Made by a program: the position numbers and the translations under genes. 32,674 nt of DNA from Thraustochytrium aureum. Taxonomy: Eukaryota. Below are positions 1 through 10,164 of this stretch, one piece after another. The notes under the pieces are model-generated. The model was given only the letters and a program-made list of their open reading frames with translations, was not told where the DNA came from and searched no databases. The stretch's first letter is position 1; the number at the start of each line of letters is the position of its first letter. The stretch covers positions 1 to 32,674 of the forward strand of contig BLSG01000256.1 of the NCBI GenBank assembly GCA_012862495.1, given 5' to 3'.

Positions 1-1165
1 CGAAGAGCGGAGCGTGCCGGACGGGTGTTCGCCCTGTGCCGACATACTTGAGAACAATGTTGCCTGGGACAAACACGGTCTCCGCGGCTGCGCTGATTTC
101 GTACAGAACCGCAACGGTTCCGTTCCACAGGCGCACGAGGGCCGAGTAGCTTACGCCGCCCTCGTCGTGGAGGAGCGCAAGCTCTGACCACGACCTCCCG
201 GCGTCCGCCGACTGCCAAACGTCATCAGCGTTCGCTTGATACTGGTAGTGCTGCCTGCGGGCCCAGAAAAGAGGAGCACGCCGGCGCCTTCAGACACAAT
301 CGAGCCCTCCGCAGCCGACCAGCGGCGTCGGCAGACTCGTGCGCTCAAACGTAGACCACGTCTCGCCTCCGTCTTGGCTGCGCGCCTGAATCCGGTTGCC
401 GTAAACGGTGCGAGAGTTAAGCAGCAGAGAACCGTCCTCCAGCTCGACCACCTGGCACTCGTTACCCGCGATTCCACGCAGCGCTCCGAGGAAGCCATTG
501 CCAACAGGGGCAGTGCGGCGCCATGTCGCGCCGTGGTCGTCGGAGAGCAGCATGAACGCGTGTGTGAGGAGTCCATTGTCGTAGATCGGCGCTGTGCTAA
601 AGTACCCAGGCACGACCAGACGACCAAAGTGCGGGCTTCCAGAGTTGAGGACCTGCACGCCCGCCGGAGGACCGAATCCAACCCACGTCCATGTGCTCTG
701 CTCTTGATCTAAGAGTCGCATGGGGCGCGCCCAAGTCGCTCCGTCATCGTCTGAAAACGTGGTCCACATTTCGATGTTGCCCCTGTTGAACGGGAGCCAA
801 ATCCGCCCCGTGGTTTGGTCCTGCACTGGAGCCAGATTGCCCGCCACGGTATGAACCCCGAACCGACCGGGGATGACCACGCGTAGTTCCGACCACGTGC
901 CACCACTGTCGTCAGAGCTCCTCATCACGACATCTGTAATGTCCCAGTCCATGCAGTCCCCAGTGCTCGTTCCCGCAGGCGCGTCTTGAGGGCCCCTGCC
1001 TTCTGCGAACGCGAGGAGGCGGCCGCTTATCGTCTGGGTCAAGTAGGGGATCTTGTAGCAGTCGTACCTCTCGTCCTGCTTGAACACCTCCGCGACAAGC
1101 ACGCCGGCGCCCCTTGCCGTCGCTGCGCCAGCGACGAGCGCGCCCGCAATCGCACTTTTCCACAT
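1..1165 (-). CDS. Secreted GH33 sialidase/neuraminidase-like protein (BNR/Asp-box propeller); 3' end runs off the window; two compensating frameshifts (~310, ~219)
   Basis: ATG at 1165 followed by a signal-peptide-like MWKSAIAGALVAGAATA. Motifs: YKIP (F/YRIP-like), LLAFAEGR, five Asp-boxes (SDDSGGTW, SDDDGATW, SDDHGATW, SQDGGETW, SADAGRSW), NECQVVE and LLLNSR. After frame changes the protein reads C-EGSIVS..LLFSGP..KRTLMT, then WQSADAGRSW..SYSALV..VAVLYE, open to base 1. Confidence 0.9.
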
Positions 1166-1549
1166 CCTGCAGGTCCTCACGAGCCCTCCGCCCCGCTGCA
1201 GATAGCTCAAGCAAAAGCATGACTGCCTGCCTCGACGGCGCGCAGGTGGGACGTCCGAGCGGCGGGTTGACCTCGCTTCACGTTGCCATTGAACGCGCTA
1301 CCCAGGCGCGCCGGTCCACATCCCGCCGACAACTGCCGCCACTCTGCCAGAGCGTACTGAAAGCAACGGCAGCTGCCGCAAACGCTCCTCCCTCAGCCAG
1401 CCAGCACGCCAGCAGAGCGAGCGGGTCGCGCGACGAGCGGCCATGTGGTCTACCCGTCCATCGGTCCATCCGTCGTCCCTCAATCCCGATCAGGATGAGC
1501 CAAAAGGTGCCGTAGAGCCTTGCCAGTCGTGACAGGCGGGCGGCTCGCA

Positions 1550-1581
1550 GCAGCGGTGCTGCAGCGGTGCTGCAGCGGTGC
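1550..1581 (+). repeat. 11-bp tandem repeat GCAGCGGTGCT, about 2.9 copies, upstream of COMMD9
   Basis: Units read directly at 1550-1560, 1561-1571 and 1572-1581. Confidence 0.75.
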
Positions 1582-1635
1582 AGCGCAGAGACGCAAGCCC
1601 GCGCCTCGGGGCTGCCTCGAACGCAGGCGCTGGCC

Positions 1636-2212
1636 ATGTCACGAGAGCTCGCGGCTTGCACCGATGCCGGTGCGCTGCAGCGCGCGCTCGACGCGGTGTT
1701 TCGCAGACGGCGAGCGAGGCCCGGGAGCGCCGTGGAGGCGCGCGCGATTGACGAGATACGCGATGTGGTGATTGGGTCGCACGCGGGCCCGGACGCGCAC
1801 GTGGCGGCGGCTCGCGTCCACAAGCTCGCGCTCAGGGCAGTCAGGGACGCCCTGTTCGAGTCGCACGACATCATCAGGCAAGGCAACCCTGCGGCTCGCG
1901 TGCTGCACCTAGCCTTGGATGCCGCGCGTGAGGCTGAAGGCGAGGGGTTCGACCCGGGCGGCGTCCAGGTCCTCGCTCAAGCGATCACTGCGAGGCTTGC
2001 GGTTTGGCGTGAGGCAGCGGTCTTGCAGTCGGCGAGTCCGATTCCCAAGCTCGTGGACTTTTCGTGGCGCGCCGATGCGTGCGTTGCGCGGGAGGGCGGC
2101 GGCCCCGCCCAAACGTGCGCAGTACGGCTCGAACTTTTGACGGCGGTCCCGCCTCGATCTGTTGACAGGCTTCCTGAAACGTCGCGCGTCGCTGTCGAGA
2201 TGGACGAGACGG
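1636..2212 (+). CDS. COMMD9: COMM domain protein, COMMD9-like; C-terminus lost in gap
   Basis: ATG at 1636 (gccATG). The segment WREAAVLQSASPIPKLVDFSWRAD...TCAVRLEL...SRVAVEMDET matches the COMMD9 pattern (WR.EA...SLPRLVD.DWRVD..PTC...VTVELSKET). Runs into the N-gap at 2213. Confidence 0.8.
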
Positions 2213-2563
2213 NNNNNNNNNNNNNNNNNNNNNNNNNNNNNNNNNNNNNNNNNNNNNNNNNNNNNNNNNNNNNNNNNNNNNNNNNNNNNNNNNNNNNNNN
2301 NNNNNNNNNNNNNNNNNNNNNNNNNNNNNNNNNNNNNNNNNNNNNNNNNNNNNNNNNNNNNNNNNNNNNNNNNNNNNNNNNNNNNNNNNNNNNNNNNNNN
2401 NNNNNNNNNNNNNNNNNNNNNNNNNNNNNNNNNNNNNNNNNNNNNNNNNNNNNNNNNNNNNNNNNNNNNNNNNNNNNNNNNNNNNNNNNNNNNNNNNNNN
2501 NNNNNNNNNNNNNNNNNNNNNNNNNNNNNNNNNNNNNNNNNNNNAGGACTTACATTTTGAACT

Positions 2564-4758
2564 TTAAAAACAAAAACTGTTCACTAATTCGGGCCCTGGG
2601 CCCGAGTGGTGACTTGCCAGAAACGACGATGCTGCAGCGTCTCCTGCGGCGCCAGCGTCGCTCAAAGCGCCAGTCTCCTGGGGCTCGTCTTGACCTAGCC
2701 CGTTCGGAGCATCATGGTGCGCTTGCTCCTCGGGGGTATACGGCACAACAGGCGGAGGCCACACCTCGTCCGACGAGAACGGGCTATCATCTGGGTGCTT
2801 GAACGCCGTGTGGCGGTGCGGCGTCGCCGAGACCGCGCCAGTCTTGTTCTCTGTGATCATAGCTTCAAAGGTTTTGCGGCTGATCCGCAAGCAGCGCAAG
2901 CCTTCCTCGGAAGTCACCGTTGCAGAAAAGTCGCCGGTGTACCCAGCGGAGCGCTCAAGGTCGAGCGCGCCCTGGCCGACGATGGACCAGGGGCCGACAG
3001 AGGATCGAAAGCCCTCTGAGCCGCTGACTACGTCCATGCGGCCGCTAAGGACGAGAGTACAGTGAGTCATGGGCTTGCCGCTGATGTACAGCCGCTCGCC
3101 GTCGTTGAGCTGCAACACCGGCAGCGACTTCACAAGGTGCGTCACCTGCGCGGAAGTGACATCCCCGCGGGTCAGGGCGCCTTGGAACATAGACAGGTTT
3201 GCGCTGAGGTGCGCCACGATGGCGCTCACCTCGTCGTCCGAGAGCTGGCTGTTGTGGTTTTTCGAGTCAAGCAGGCGCAAGCGAGCAAAGTCGAACGTTG
3301 CGCGGTCGATCGTGGACGGCTTGGACAGCCGACGGTCCTCAGCAGCGGCCAGCGCAGCCGCAGAGCCGCCTTCCTGCGGCTTGCTCGGGCGTCCGTCTCG
3401 TCCAAAATCTCCTCCTGGAGGATCTCCTCGATGATGTCCTCAAGCGTGACGAGGCCGACAACCTCGTAAAAGGGATCGCGGTCTGCGTCGGCGTTGTTGA
3501 CAGACTGTACCAGGGCCATGTGCGTGCGGCCCGACCGGAAGAGCGTGAGGGCCTCGGAGAGGGCGGTCTCGGGCCACAGGTAGTGCAGCGGGCGGCCAAA
3601 GAATTGGACGACGGACTGCACCGAGGCCTTGTCTTCTGGGTCCACGAGGATGAGGTCCTTTGTGAAGAGCAGGCCCACCACCTTGTTGTGGTCGTGGCCC
3701 TCGCAAACGGGGATGCGGCTGAACCCCGTCTCGAAGATTTTGCTCATGGTCTGAAAGTCGAGCGACGCATTCATGTCGAGCATGAAAACGTCCGTAATCG
3801 GGGTCATGACATCGCGGACGGTCTTGTCCTTGTAACTCAGGGCGCCGCCCATCATCTTGGCTTGGTCCTCGGACACCATTTGATGCTTGAGGTGGATCTG
3901 CACCAGCTTGTTGAGCTGCGCAGACGAGTAGATCGACCCGATTTCTTCCTTGAAGATGCGGTCCAGGACAAAGCTGATCGGCTTGGCCAAGGGGTAGAGG
4001 AGCAACATAAAGATCTTGACCAGCCACACTGTGTGGGCGCCAACTTTGAGGGCGTGGCGGCTGCATCCGGCCTGCGGCAAGATCTCGCCAAACACGACGA
4101 TCACGGCAGTGGACAGGATGAAGCCCACCACGCCACTCGTGTAGTCGGCCAGCAGAATGGAAAGAGCCGTGTTCACCATCACGTTTCCGAGCAGCAGTGT
4201 ACACAAAAGCAGGTTGCCATGCTCCCGAACCGGCTGGATTATTTTTGCGTACTTGGCGTCGACCGATTCCGGGTCGCCTCCAATCACGATCTCGAGGCCG
4301 ATTTTGTCCAGGCTCATGAGGCCGAGCGTGAGGCCAGAAAACATCGCCGACAGCGAAACGAGGACCACGATCAACGCCCACTCGAGGACCACGACCCACA
4401 CCTCCTTTTCTGGGGGGATCGCAGTGCATTCGAACCCCGCTGTCAAGCATACGGCCACGTCGCATTGGGACTGCAGCGCGCGGCTAAAGTCCTGCAACCC
4501 GTTGATGTTGTTGTTGTGGTTGTTGTTGTTGTTGTTCCCCACTGCCGCGACCAGCACGCCAATGTGGCGCCTGCTCGAGGTCACCATCACGCCCAGCAGC
4601 CCGGCCGCCCCCACCACGCACGCCCCCACAACGCGCTTTCCCTCGCCTCCCCACGCGCCTCCATACCGCGCCGCTGCGTCGCGCCCAGGACGCCGGCCTG
4701 TGTCAACGCCGATTGGCACAAACAGGTCCCCTTGAACGCCTTCGTCGAAACCCACCAT
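2564..4758 (-). CDS. CNNM: CNNM/CorB-type metal (Mg2+) transporter: DUF21 TM domain + CBS pair + cNMP-binding-homology domain; one frameshift at ~3388
   Basis: Motifs LSAMFSGLTLGLMSLD, NLLLCTLLLGNV, FGEILPQA, VRDVMTPI, GFSRIPV, LFTKDLILVDPED, GLVTLEDIIEEILQEEILDETD. Restoring one base in the GGG run at 3387-3389 joins ORF 3226..4758 to FDFARLRLLDS...LYISGKPMTHCTLVLSGRMDVVSGSEGFRSSVGPWS (ORF 2564..3280). Poly-Asn tract near 4501-4535. Confidence 0.93.
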
Positions 4759-5242
4759 TCACTACCGAACCGCGCGCTCCGGGACAGACTCGCGCCGGCT
4801 AGCCCAACCCTGCTCCCCTGAATAGCCTTCCCCTGCCCCTGCTCTGGTCTGCTCCGCTCTGCTCCGGGCTCTGGGCTGCTCTTGCTCTGCTCCTCCTGCG
4901 CTCCTGCTGCGTCCGGGAGCTCCTGTTCGGTGTCTGTCTCCCACACCGAGCTGACTACTTCGTTCAGATTGAAATTCAATATTTACATAGGGACAAGCTT
5001 CGGTTTCATGATCATNNNNNNNNNNNNNNNNNNNNNNNNNNNNNNNNNNNNNNNNNNNNNNNNNNNNNNNNNNNNNNNNNNNNNNNNNNNNNNNNNNNNN
5101 NNNNNNNNNNNNNNNNNNNNNNNNNNNNNNNNNNNNNNNNNNNNNNNNNNNNNNNNNNNNNNNNNNNNNNNNNNNNNNNNNNNNNNNNNNNNNNNNNNNN
5201 NNNNNNNNNNNNNNNNNNNNNNNNNNAGAAAGGATTGTTAAT

Positions 5243-5373
5243 GTACTGATGTTCAAGACTCATTGCGAAACTATCCTCGGTCTAAATATTGATATTCAAG
5301 ACTTTAATATTTGTACTGACGTTCAATATCTCAGTCATGGTGGTCTTCTTCTGGGTACTGACGTTCAATATCT
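5243..5373. repeat. AT-rich dispersed direct repeat GTACTGACGTTCAATATCT in the CNNM/METTL5 divergent intergenic region
   Basis: Exact copies at 5313-5331 and 5355-5373; degenerate copies at 5243-5260 (gtactgatgttcaagact) and 5288-5303 (attgatattcaagact). Confidence 0.7.
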
Positions 5374-5520
5374 TGAGAAACCGGCTTTTCAGTGTTCAAG
5401 TACTGGACGTCAGGAGAGTCTGAACCGCGTTCGGGCTGGTGGCGCCGCAGAGCCGGAAGCGCATGCGGCGTTGCGCCCGGCGGTGGCGGGGCCTGGGTTG
5501 CGCGCGCGGTGCCTCCCGCG

Positions 5521-6243
5521 ATGAAGCTCAAGCAGCTGGAGAGCGCGCTGAGCGCTGTGGAGCCGTTCAGCGCCCCCAAGATTGAGCTAGAGCAGTACCC
5601 GACCTCGGCGCACCTTGCGGCGCGGATGCTGTTCGCGGCGGACGCGAGCTACGGCGACATCGAGGACCGCCGAGTGCTGGACCTCGGCACCGGCACAGCG
5701 ATGCTCGCGCTCGGAGCGGATCTGCTTGGCAGCGCGTACACTGTCGGAGTGGACATCGACGCCGACGCGCTTGAGGTTGCTGTCCGAAACGTTGAGCAAG
5801 TCGGCGCGGACGTCGAGCTGGTGCAGGCCGACATCCTCGGCCCGCTCGGGCTGCCTTTTCCCAAGGGGGGCAAGCGCGCTTTCGACACAGTCCTCATGAA
5901 CCCGCCCTTCGGAACTCGCAACAAGGGCGCAGACGTGGGGTTTCTTCAGGTCGGCCTGTCCTGCGCCCGCCGCGCGGTCTACTCGCTGCACAAGTCGTCG
6001 ACGCGCGACTTTTTGCAGCGCAAGGCAACCAAGGAGTGGGGCGTCTCTTTTGAGGTCGTTGCGCAGATGCGGTTTGACATTCCAAAAATGTACAAGTTCC
6101 ACAAAAAGCAGAGCGCGGACGTCCAAGTGGACTTGATTCGGCTCGCTTGGCCGGAGGAGGACGAGGACGAGGGCGAAGGCGGAGAGTCTGCCGAGGGCGA
6201 GGCGGACGCCTGCGCAAAAGCTACCCAAGCTTTGCGCGACTAA
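5521..6243 (+). CDS. METTL5: rRNA N6-adenosine methyltransferase METTL5
   Basis: MKLKQLESAL..F..PKIELEQYPTSAHLAARML, SAM-binding VLDLGTGTAML, catalytic NPPFGT, VYSLHKSSTR and FDIPKMYKFHKKQSADVQVDLIR. Intact ORF from ATG 5521 to TAA 6243. Confidence 0.96.
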   Translation: MKLKQLESALSAVEPFSAPKIELEQYPTSAHLAARMLFAADASYGDIEDRRVLDLGTGTAMLALGADLLGSAYTVGVDIDADALEVAVRNVEQVGADVELVQADILGPLGLPFPKGGKRAFDTVLMNPPFGTRNKGADVGFLQVGLSCARRAVYSLHKSSTRDFLQRKATKEWGVSFEVVAQMRFDIPKMYKFHKKQSADVQVDLIRLAWPEEDEDEGEGGESAEGEADACAKATQALRD

Positions 6244-6288
6244 CCACTAACACTCCCTGCCTACTGTGGCGTGGCAGACCCTTTCGGA

Positions 6289-7236
6289 TCAAACATCGCC
6301 CACCTGATCCCAAAAGATGTCCTTCATGATGTCGACGTGGTACACGTGCGCGGGGGCAGGCTTGCGCCGTGCGGCGCCGCGCCTGACCTTCTTCGCCTTC
6401 CGAGGCTGCTCAGCAGCGTCGGCCGCGTCGGCCTCAGCTGGAACCCCGGCGCTGTCGGCTGGCGCAGGGCTTTCTTCGCTGGAGCGCGATGGCCCTGCGA
6501 GATGCGTACCGGCGGCCTGACTGCCTCGCTCCAATTCCTTTGCGTTTCCGTGAATCGTTTCCTGCGACTCTTGGGCTTCCAGGGGAGCGAAGCGCAGGAT
6601 CACAGACCCTTTTCTGTACATGGCTGGCTCGTCATTGTAGTTGATGCCAAACCGCGAAAACATAATTTCGTGCTTGTCCTTGGAGAAGGTTCCTGAGAGG
6701 TCTTCCGTGGCTTGGGCCTCGGAGCGGCCTCCCTTGTGAACGAGAGCCCAGAACGTTGTGTTGTACAGGTTGTTGATGTGGCAGTCGGCCTGGCGCCATC
6801 TGCAATAGTCCTTGAGGTTGTCCAGCGTCGGGTACAGCACGATGCGGCCGTCAAAATTGGGGATCGCTTGGAGCGGCGTCTCGGCGCCCATCAGCTCGCT
6901 CCAAAACATCACATACGAGGCGCTAAACAGAGACACAATTGAGCTCATTATTTTGCTCTGGCGCCTGTTGAACACGCTCGCATCTCTGCGAAACACAAAA
7001 CTGTACTCGTCGCTCTGACCAAACGCCAGGAAAACCTCGGCAAACTGCTCGACGACCTGCAGGGCGGCCCTGTTCATCAGCCGCAGCGCGCGCGGGTCGT
7101 TCGGCTTCGCAAACCCGTGCAGCTTGGAAAACTTGGTGAACCCCCGCCCGTCCACGCGAACGACCATGAACGTGTTGCGCAGGCACGGGTCGGCCTGCTC
7201 GAACTCGCGAACGTACTGAAACCTCGAGTTGGCCAT
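6289..7236 (-). CDS. THG1: tRNA(His) guanylyltransferase Thg1
   Basis: MANSRFQYVREFE, VVRVDGRGF..FS..HGFAKPND.RAL.LMN, AFGQSDEYSFVF, FDGRIVLYP, WRQADCHINNLYNTTFWALV, K.EIMFSRFGINYN.EP.MYRKGS, and C-terminal H.DI...FW. The ATG at 7236 matches the family N-terminus. Confidence 0.96.
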   Translation of the reverse strand: MANSRFQYVREFEQADPCLRNTFMVVRVDGRGFTKFSKLHGFAKPNDPRALRLMNRAALQVVEQFAEVFLAFGQSDEYSFVFRRDASVFNRRQSKIMSSIVSLFSASYVMFWSELMGAETPLQAIPNFDGRIVLYPTLDNLKDYCRWRQADCHINNLYNTTFWALVHKGGRSEAQATEDLSGTFSKDKHEIMFSRFGINYNDEPAMYRKGSVILRFAPLEAQESQETIHGNAKELERGSQAAGTHLAGPSRSSEESPAPADSAGVPAEADAADAAEQPRKAKKVRRGAARRKPAPAHVYHVDIMKDIFWDQVGDV

Positions 7237-7787
7237 CCTCGCGCCGCGCGGCCGCCGCGCCAAGACCGCAAGTGGATGATGGCGCAGAGTGGCTCTGCCA
7301 GCCTCTGCCGCACCGAGTGCTTTCACCCCGGTGGCTACTGAATTTTGGTACTGTCCTCTTGATCTCGGTGGTTGTTCTCGCAGTGCACGCATGCTCGCTC
7401 GTCGAGCCCCAGCAGCCGCCCCAACAGAGCCCGAGCCAGCTCAGCGGGCGGCCATCCCGTCGCGCTTCGATCTGACCGTTCCAGGAGGCGACGCGCGGAT
7501 TGCCTCGAGGGTTGGCTCTCCGTGACCTGCTCGACCTACAGCGCGCCTCGACGACAGGTTGTCCTCCACAGCTCAGGCTGGTCGATAGGCTGGTCGGGTG
7601 AGTAGCACTCGCTCGACGGACTCCAGCCAGCCAGCTCGACGGGCTGACCGGCGCCAGTTGATTGGCGCANNNNNNNNNNNNNNNNNNNNNNNNNNNNNNN
7701 NNNNNNNNNNNNNNNNNNNNNNNNNNNNNNNNNNNNNNNNNNNNNNNNNNNNNNNNNNNNNNNNNNNNNNNNNGCCGGCCTGCCGCC

Positions 7788-9109
7788 ATGGAGCGCATTA
7801 TCAAACAGCATCGGTCGATGGAGAGCGCCTGGGCCTTTTTGCTCCACCTCGAGGAGGAGGCGAGCAAAGCAGACGAAATGGAGCAGGCGGAAACGACCAA
7901 GACCGCGCGGAGGCCCAGCGACGTCGACCTCGAGGAAATCCCCGTTGACGAGCAGCTCCTGCACTTGAACGATGGCGCCAAGCTAATCATCGGCATGGTT
8001 GGCAAGCCTGCCCGCGGCAAGACCTTCCTGGCTGCAAAGATCAAACGGTACTGCGAGTGGCTCGGCTACCGCGTCAAGCACGTCGAGACTGTCGCAGTTC
8101 GGCGCGAAATGTTTGGCAAAGTGGAGCCGGATGACTTTTTCGACCCGAACAGTGTGGAAATGACGCAGCACCGCAAGGCGGCGCAGGCGAAAGCGCTGCA
8201 AATCTCCATCGACTGGCTCCAGGGCGGGGGCCAAGTGGCCATCTACGATGCCACAAACAGCACGCGACAACGGCGAGAGTGGGTCAAGGAGGAGATCCAA
8301 AGCAAGCTCACAGATCGCACCGCGCACGAGACCGTGGTCTCGCACCGCATCCTCTGGGTCGAGAGCTTTTGCGAGGACAACGAGCTCATCGTCCAAAACT
8401 TCCTCGAGCTGCGCAAGAAGAACCCCGGCTTTACTGAGTACAAAGACCTCAGCGACGAGTTGGCCACGCAAAAGTTCCTTGAAAAACTCAAGTTTTACGA
8501 CCGCGAGTACGAGGCGCTGGACGCCGACAAGGAGGACATCAGCTACATCAAGATGGTCAACTTTGGCAAGCAGCTCGTCGTCAACAAGATCCACGGTTTC
8601 CTCGAGTCCAAATTGGTGTCGTTCTGCATGAACATCCACACAGAGCCGCGCGTCATCGTGCTCGTCCGCCACGGCCAGTCCGAGTACAACCTGCAGGACC
8701 GCATCGGCGGGGATCCGCCGCTGACCGAAGCCGGCACGCAGTTCGCCAGTAACTTTGCTGAATACATCGAGCGCGAGGCCAAGAACGGCCTGCAGGTGGA
8801 GTCCGAGGCGGCCAAGGCGAGCGCGGCCGACGCCAAAGCGGCCGCAGAGTCTGCTGCGGCGGACGGCAGCAATGATGCCGAGGCCCAGCTCCCTGTGGCG
8901 CTTCCGCAGCGCGATCACAACCCGTACGCGTTTGATCCCAAAAAGGCTTGTACGTGTGGACCTCCAACCTGCGGCGCACCGTGGACACTGTCAAGCACAT
9001 CGAGTGTCGGCCAAGGTGCCGTGGGTTGCGCTTGCCGAGATCGACGCCGGGGTCTGCGAGTGCATGACCTACAAGGACTTCAAAGAGAAGCTCGCAACGC
9101 AGTACATGA
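7788..9109 (+). CDS. PFKFB: Bifunctional 6-phosphofructo-2-kinase/fructose-2,6-bisphosphatase; two frameshifts (~8944, ~9011); C-terminus lost in gap
   Basis: gccgccATGg at 7788. Kinase motifs MVGKPARGKT, DATNSTRQRR, WVESFC, SYIKMVN; phosphatase motif LVRHGQSEYN..RIGGDPPL. After two -1 slips it reads LYVWTSNLRRTVDT and then WVALAEIDAGVCECMTY. Confidence 0.93.
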
Positions 9110-10164
9110 NNNNNNNNNNNNNNNNNNNNNNNNNNNNNNNNNNNNNNNNNNNNNNNNNNNNNNNNNNNNNNNNNNNNNNNNNNNNNNNNNNNNNNNNNNN
9201 NNNNNNNNNNNNNNNNNNNNNNNNNNNNNNNNNNNNNNNNNNNNNNNNNNNNNNNNNNNNNNNNNNNNNNNNNNNNNNNNNNNNNNNNNNNNNNNNNNNN
9301 NNNNNNNNNNNNNNNNNNNNNNNNNNNNNNNNNNNNNNNNNNNNNNNNNNNNNNNNNNNNNNNNNNNNNNNNNNNNNNNNNNNNNNNNNNNNNNNNNNNN
9401 NNNNNNNNNNNNNNNNNNNNNNNNNNNNNNNNNNNNNNNNNNNNNNNNNNNNNNNNNNNNNNNNNNNNNNNNNNNNNNNNNNNNNNNNNNNNNNNNNNNN
9501 NNNNNNNNNNNNNNNNNNNNNNNNNNNNNNNNNNNNNNNNNNNNNNNNNNNNNNNNNNNNNNNNNNNNNNNNNNNNNNNNNNNNNNNNNNNNNNNNNNNN
9601 NNNNNNNNNNNNNNNNNNNNNNNNNNNNNNNNNNNNNNNNNNNNNNNNNNNNNNNTGGCCCCGCTTGTGCCGTATGGAATTCACTTCCACCGGAGGGGGC
9701 CGAAGGGGGCCGAATGTGGCGGGGGCTGTTCGCGCCGAAACTGCAGGAACTGGAGCCTGGGTAGTACTCGAGTTCTGAGAACTCCAGTCGTTTGGGCCCG
9801 TTTCGGCGCATTGGGGCTTGTTCAACTCCTCTTGATCAAGACAAGATCAATCCAACAAAATCTTCAGAGACGCCTCGGCGTGCAACGCTGAATTGGCTGG
9901 CCACAGCGCGCCGCCTGCGAATCACGTGTCGGGAATCGCAAAGTGGCTGAATTCGCGAGTATGGGCCAGCCCGCTCTAGCGAAGCGCTCGAGGAGCAGCT
10001 TCTCCAGGCCGCACGGCAGTCGAGCCGCGAACTGCAGGTGCACAGCTCGTCAACGACTGAGAACCAAACCCCAATCGTCCGAGCGACCAAAGGTGGAGCG
10101 ACACGGAGCTAGTGAACAACGATAAAGCGGTGTCGCACGGCGAACCGACCGCAGAAGAACAAAC

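Noticed and set aside
3298..4821. 507-aa plus-strand ORF (also 27370..28683, 29502..31112, 7983..8918, 5587..6228)
   Set aside because: These are antisense shadows of real genes, caused by high GC at third codon positions; no family motifs.
5243..5373. Spaced 19-bp repeats as a mini-CRISPR
   Set aside because: Only two exact copies, irregular spacing, degenerate neighbours and no cas genes.
1567..9891. ORFs spanning N-gaps (1567..2802, 7662..9764, 8755..9891 and similar)
   Set aside because: Their lengths are artefacts of translating through Ns; only the sequenced parts were interpreted.
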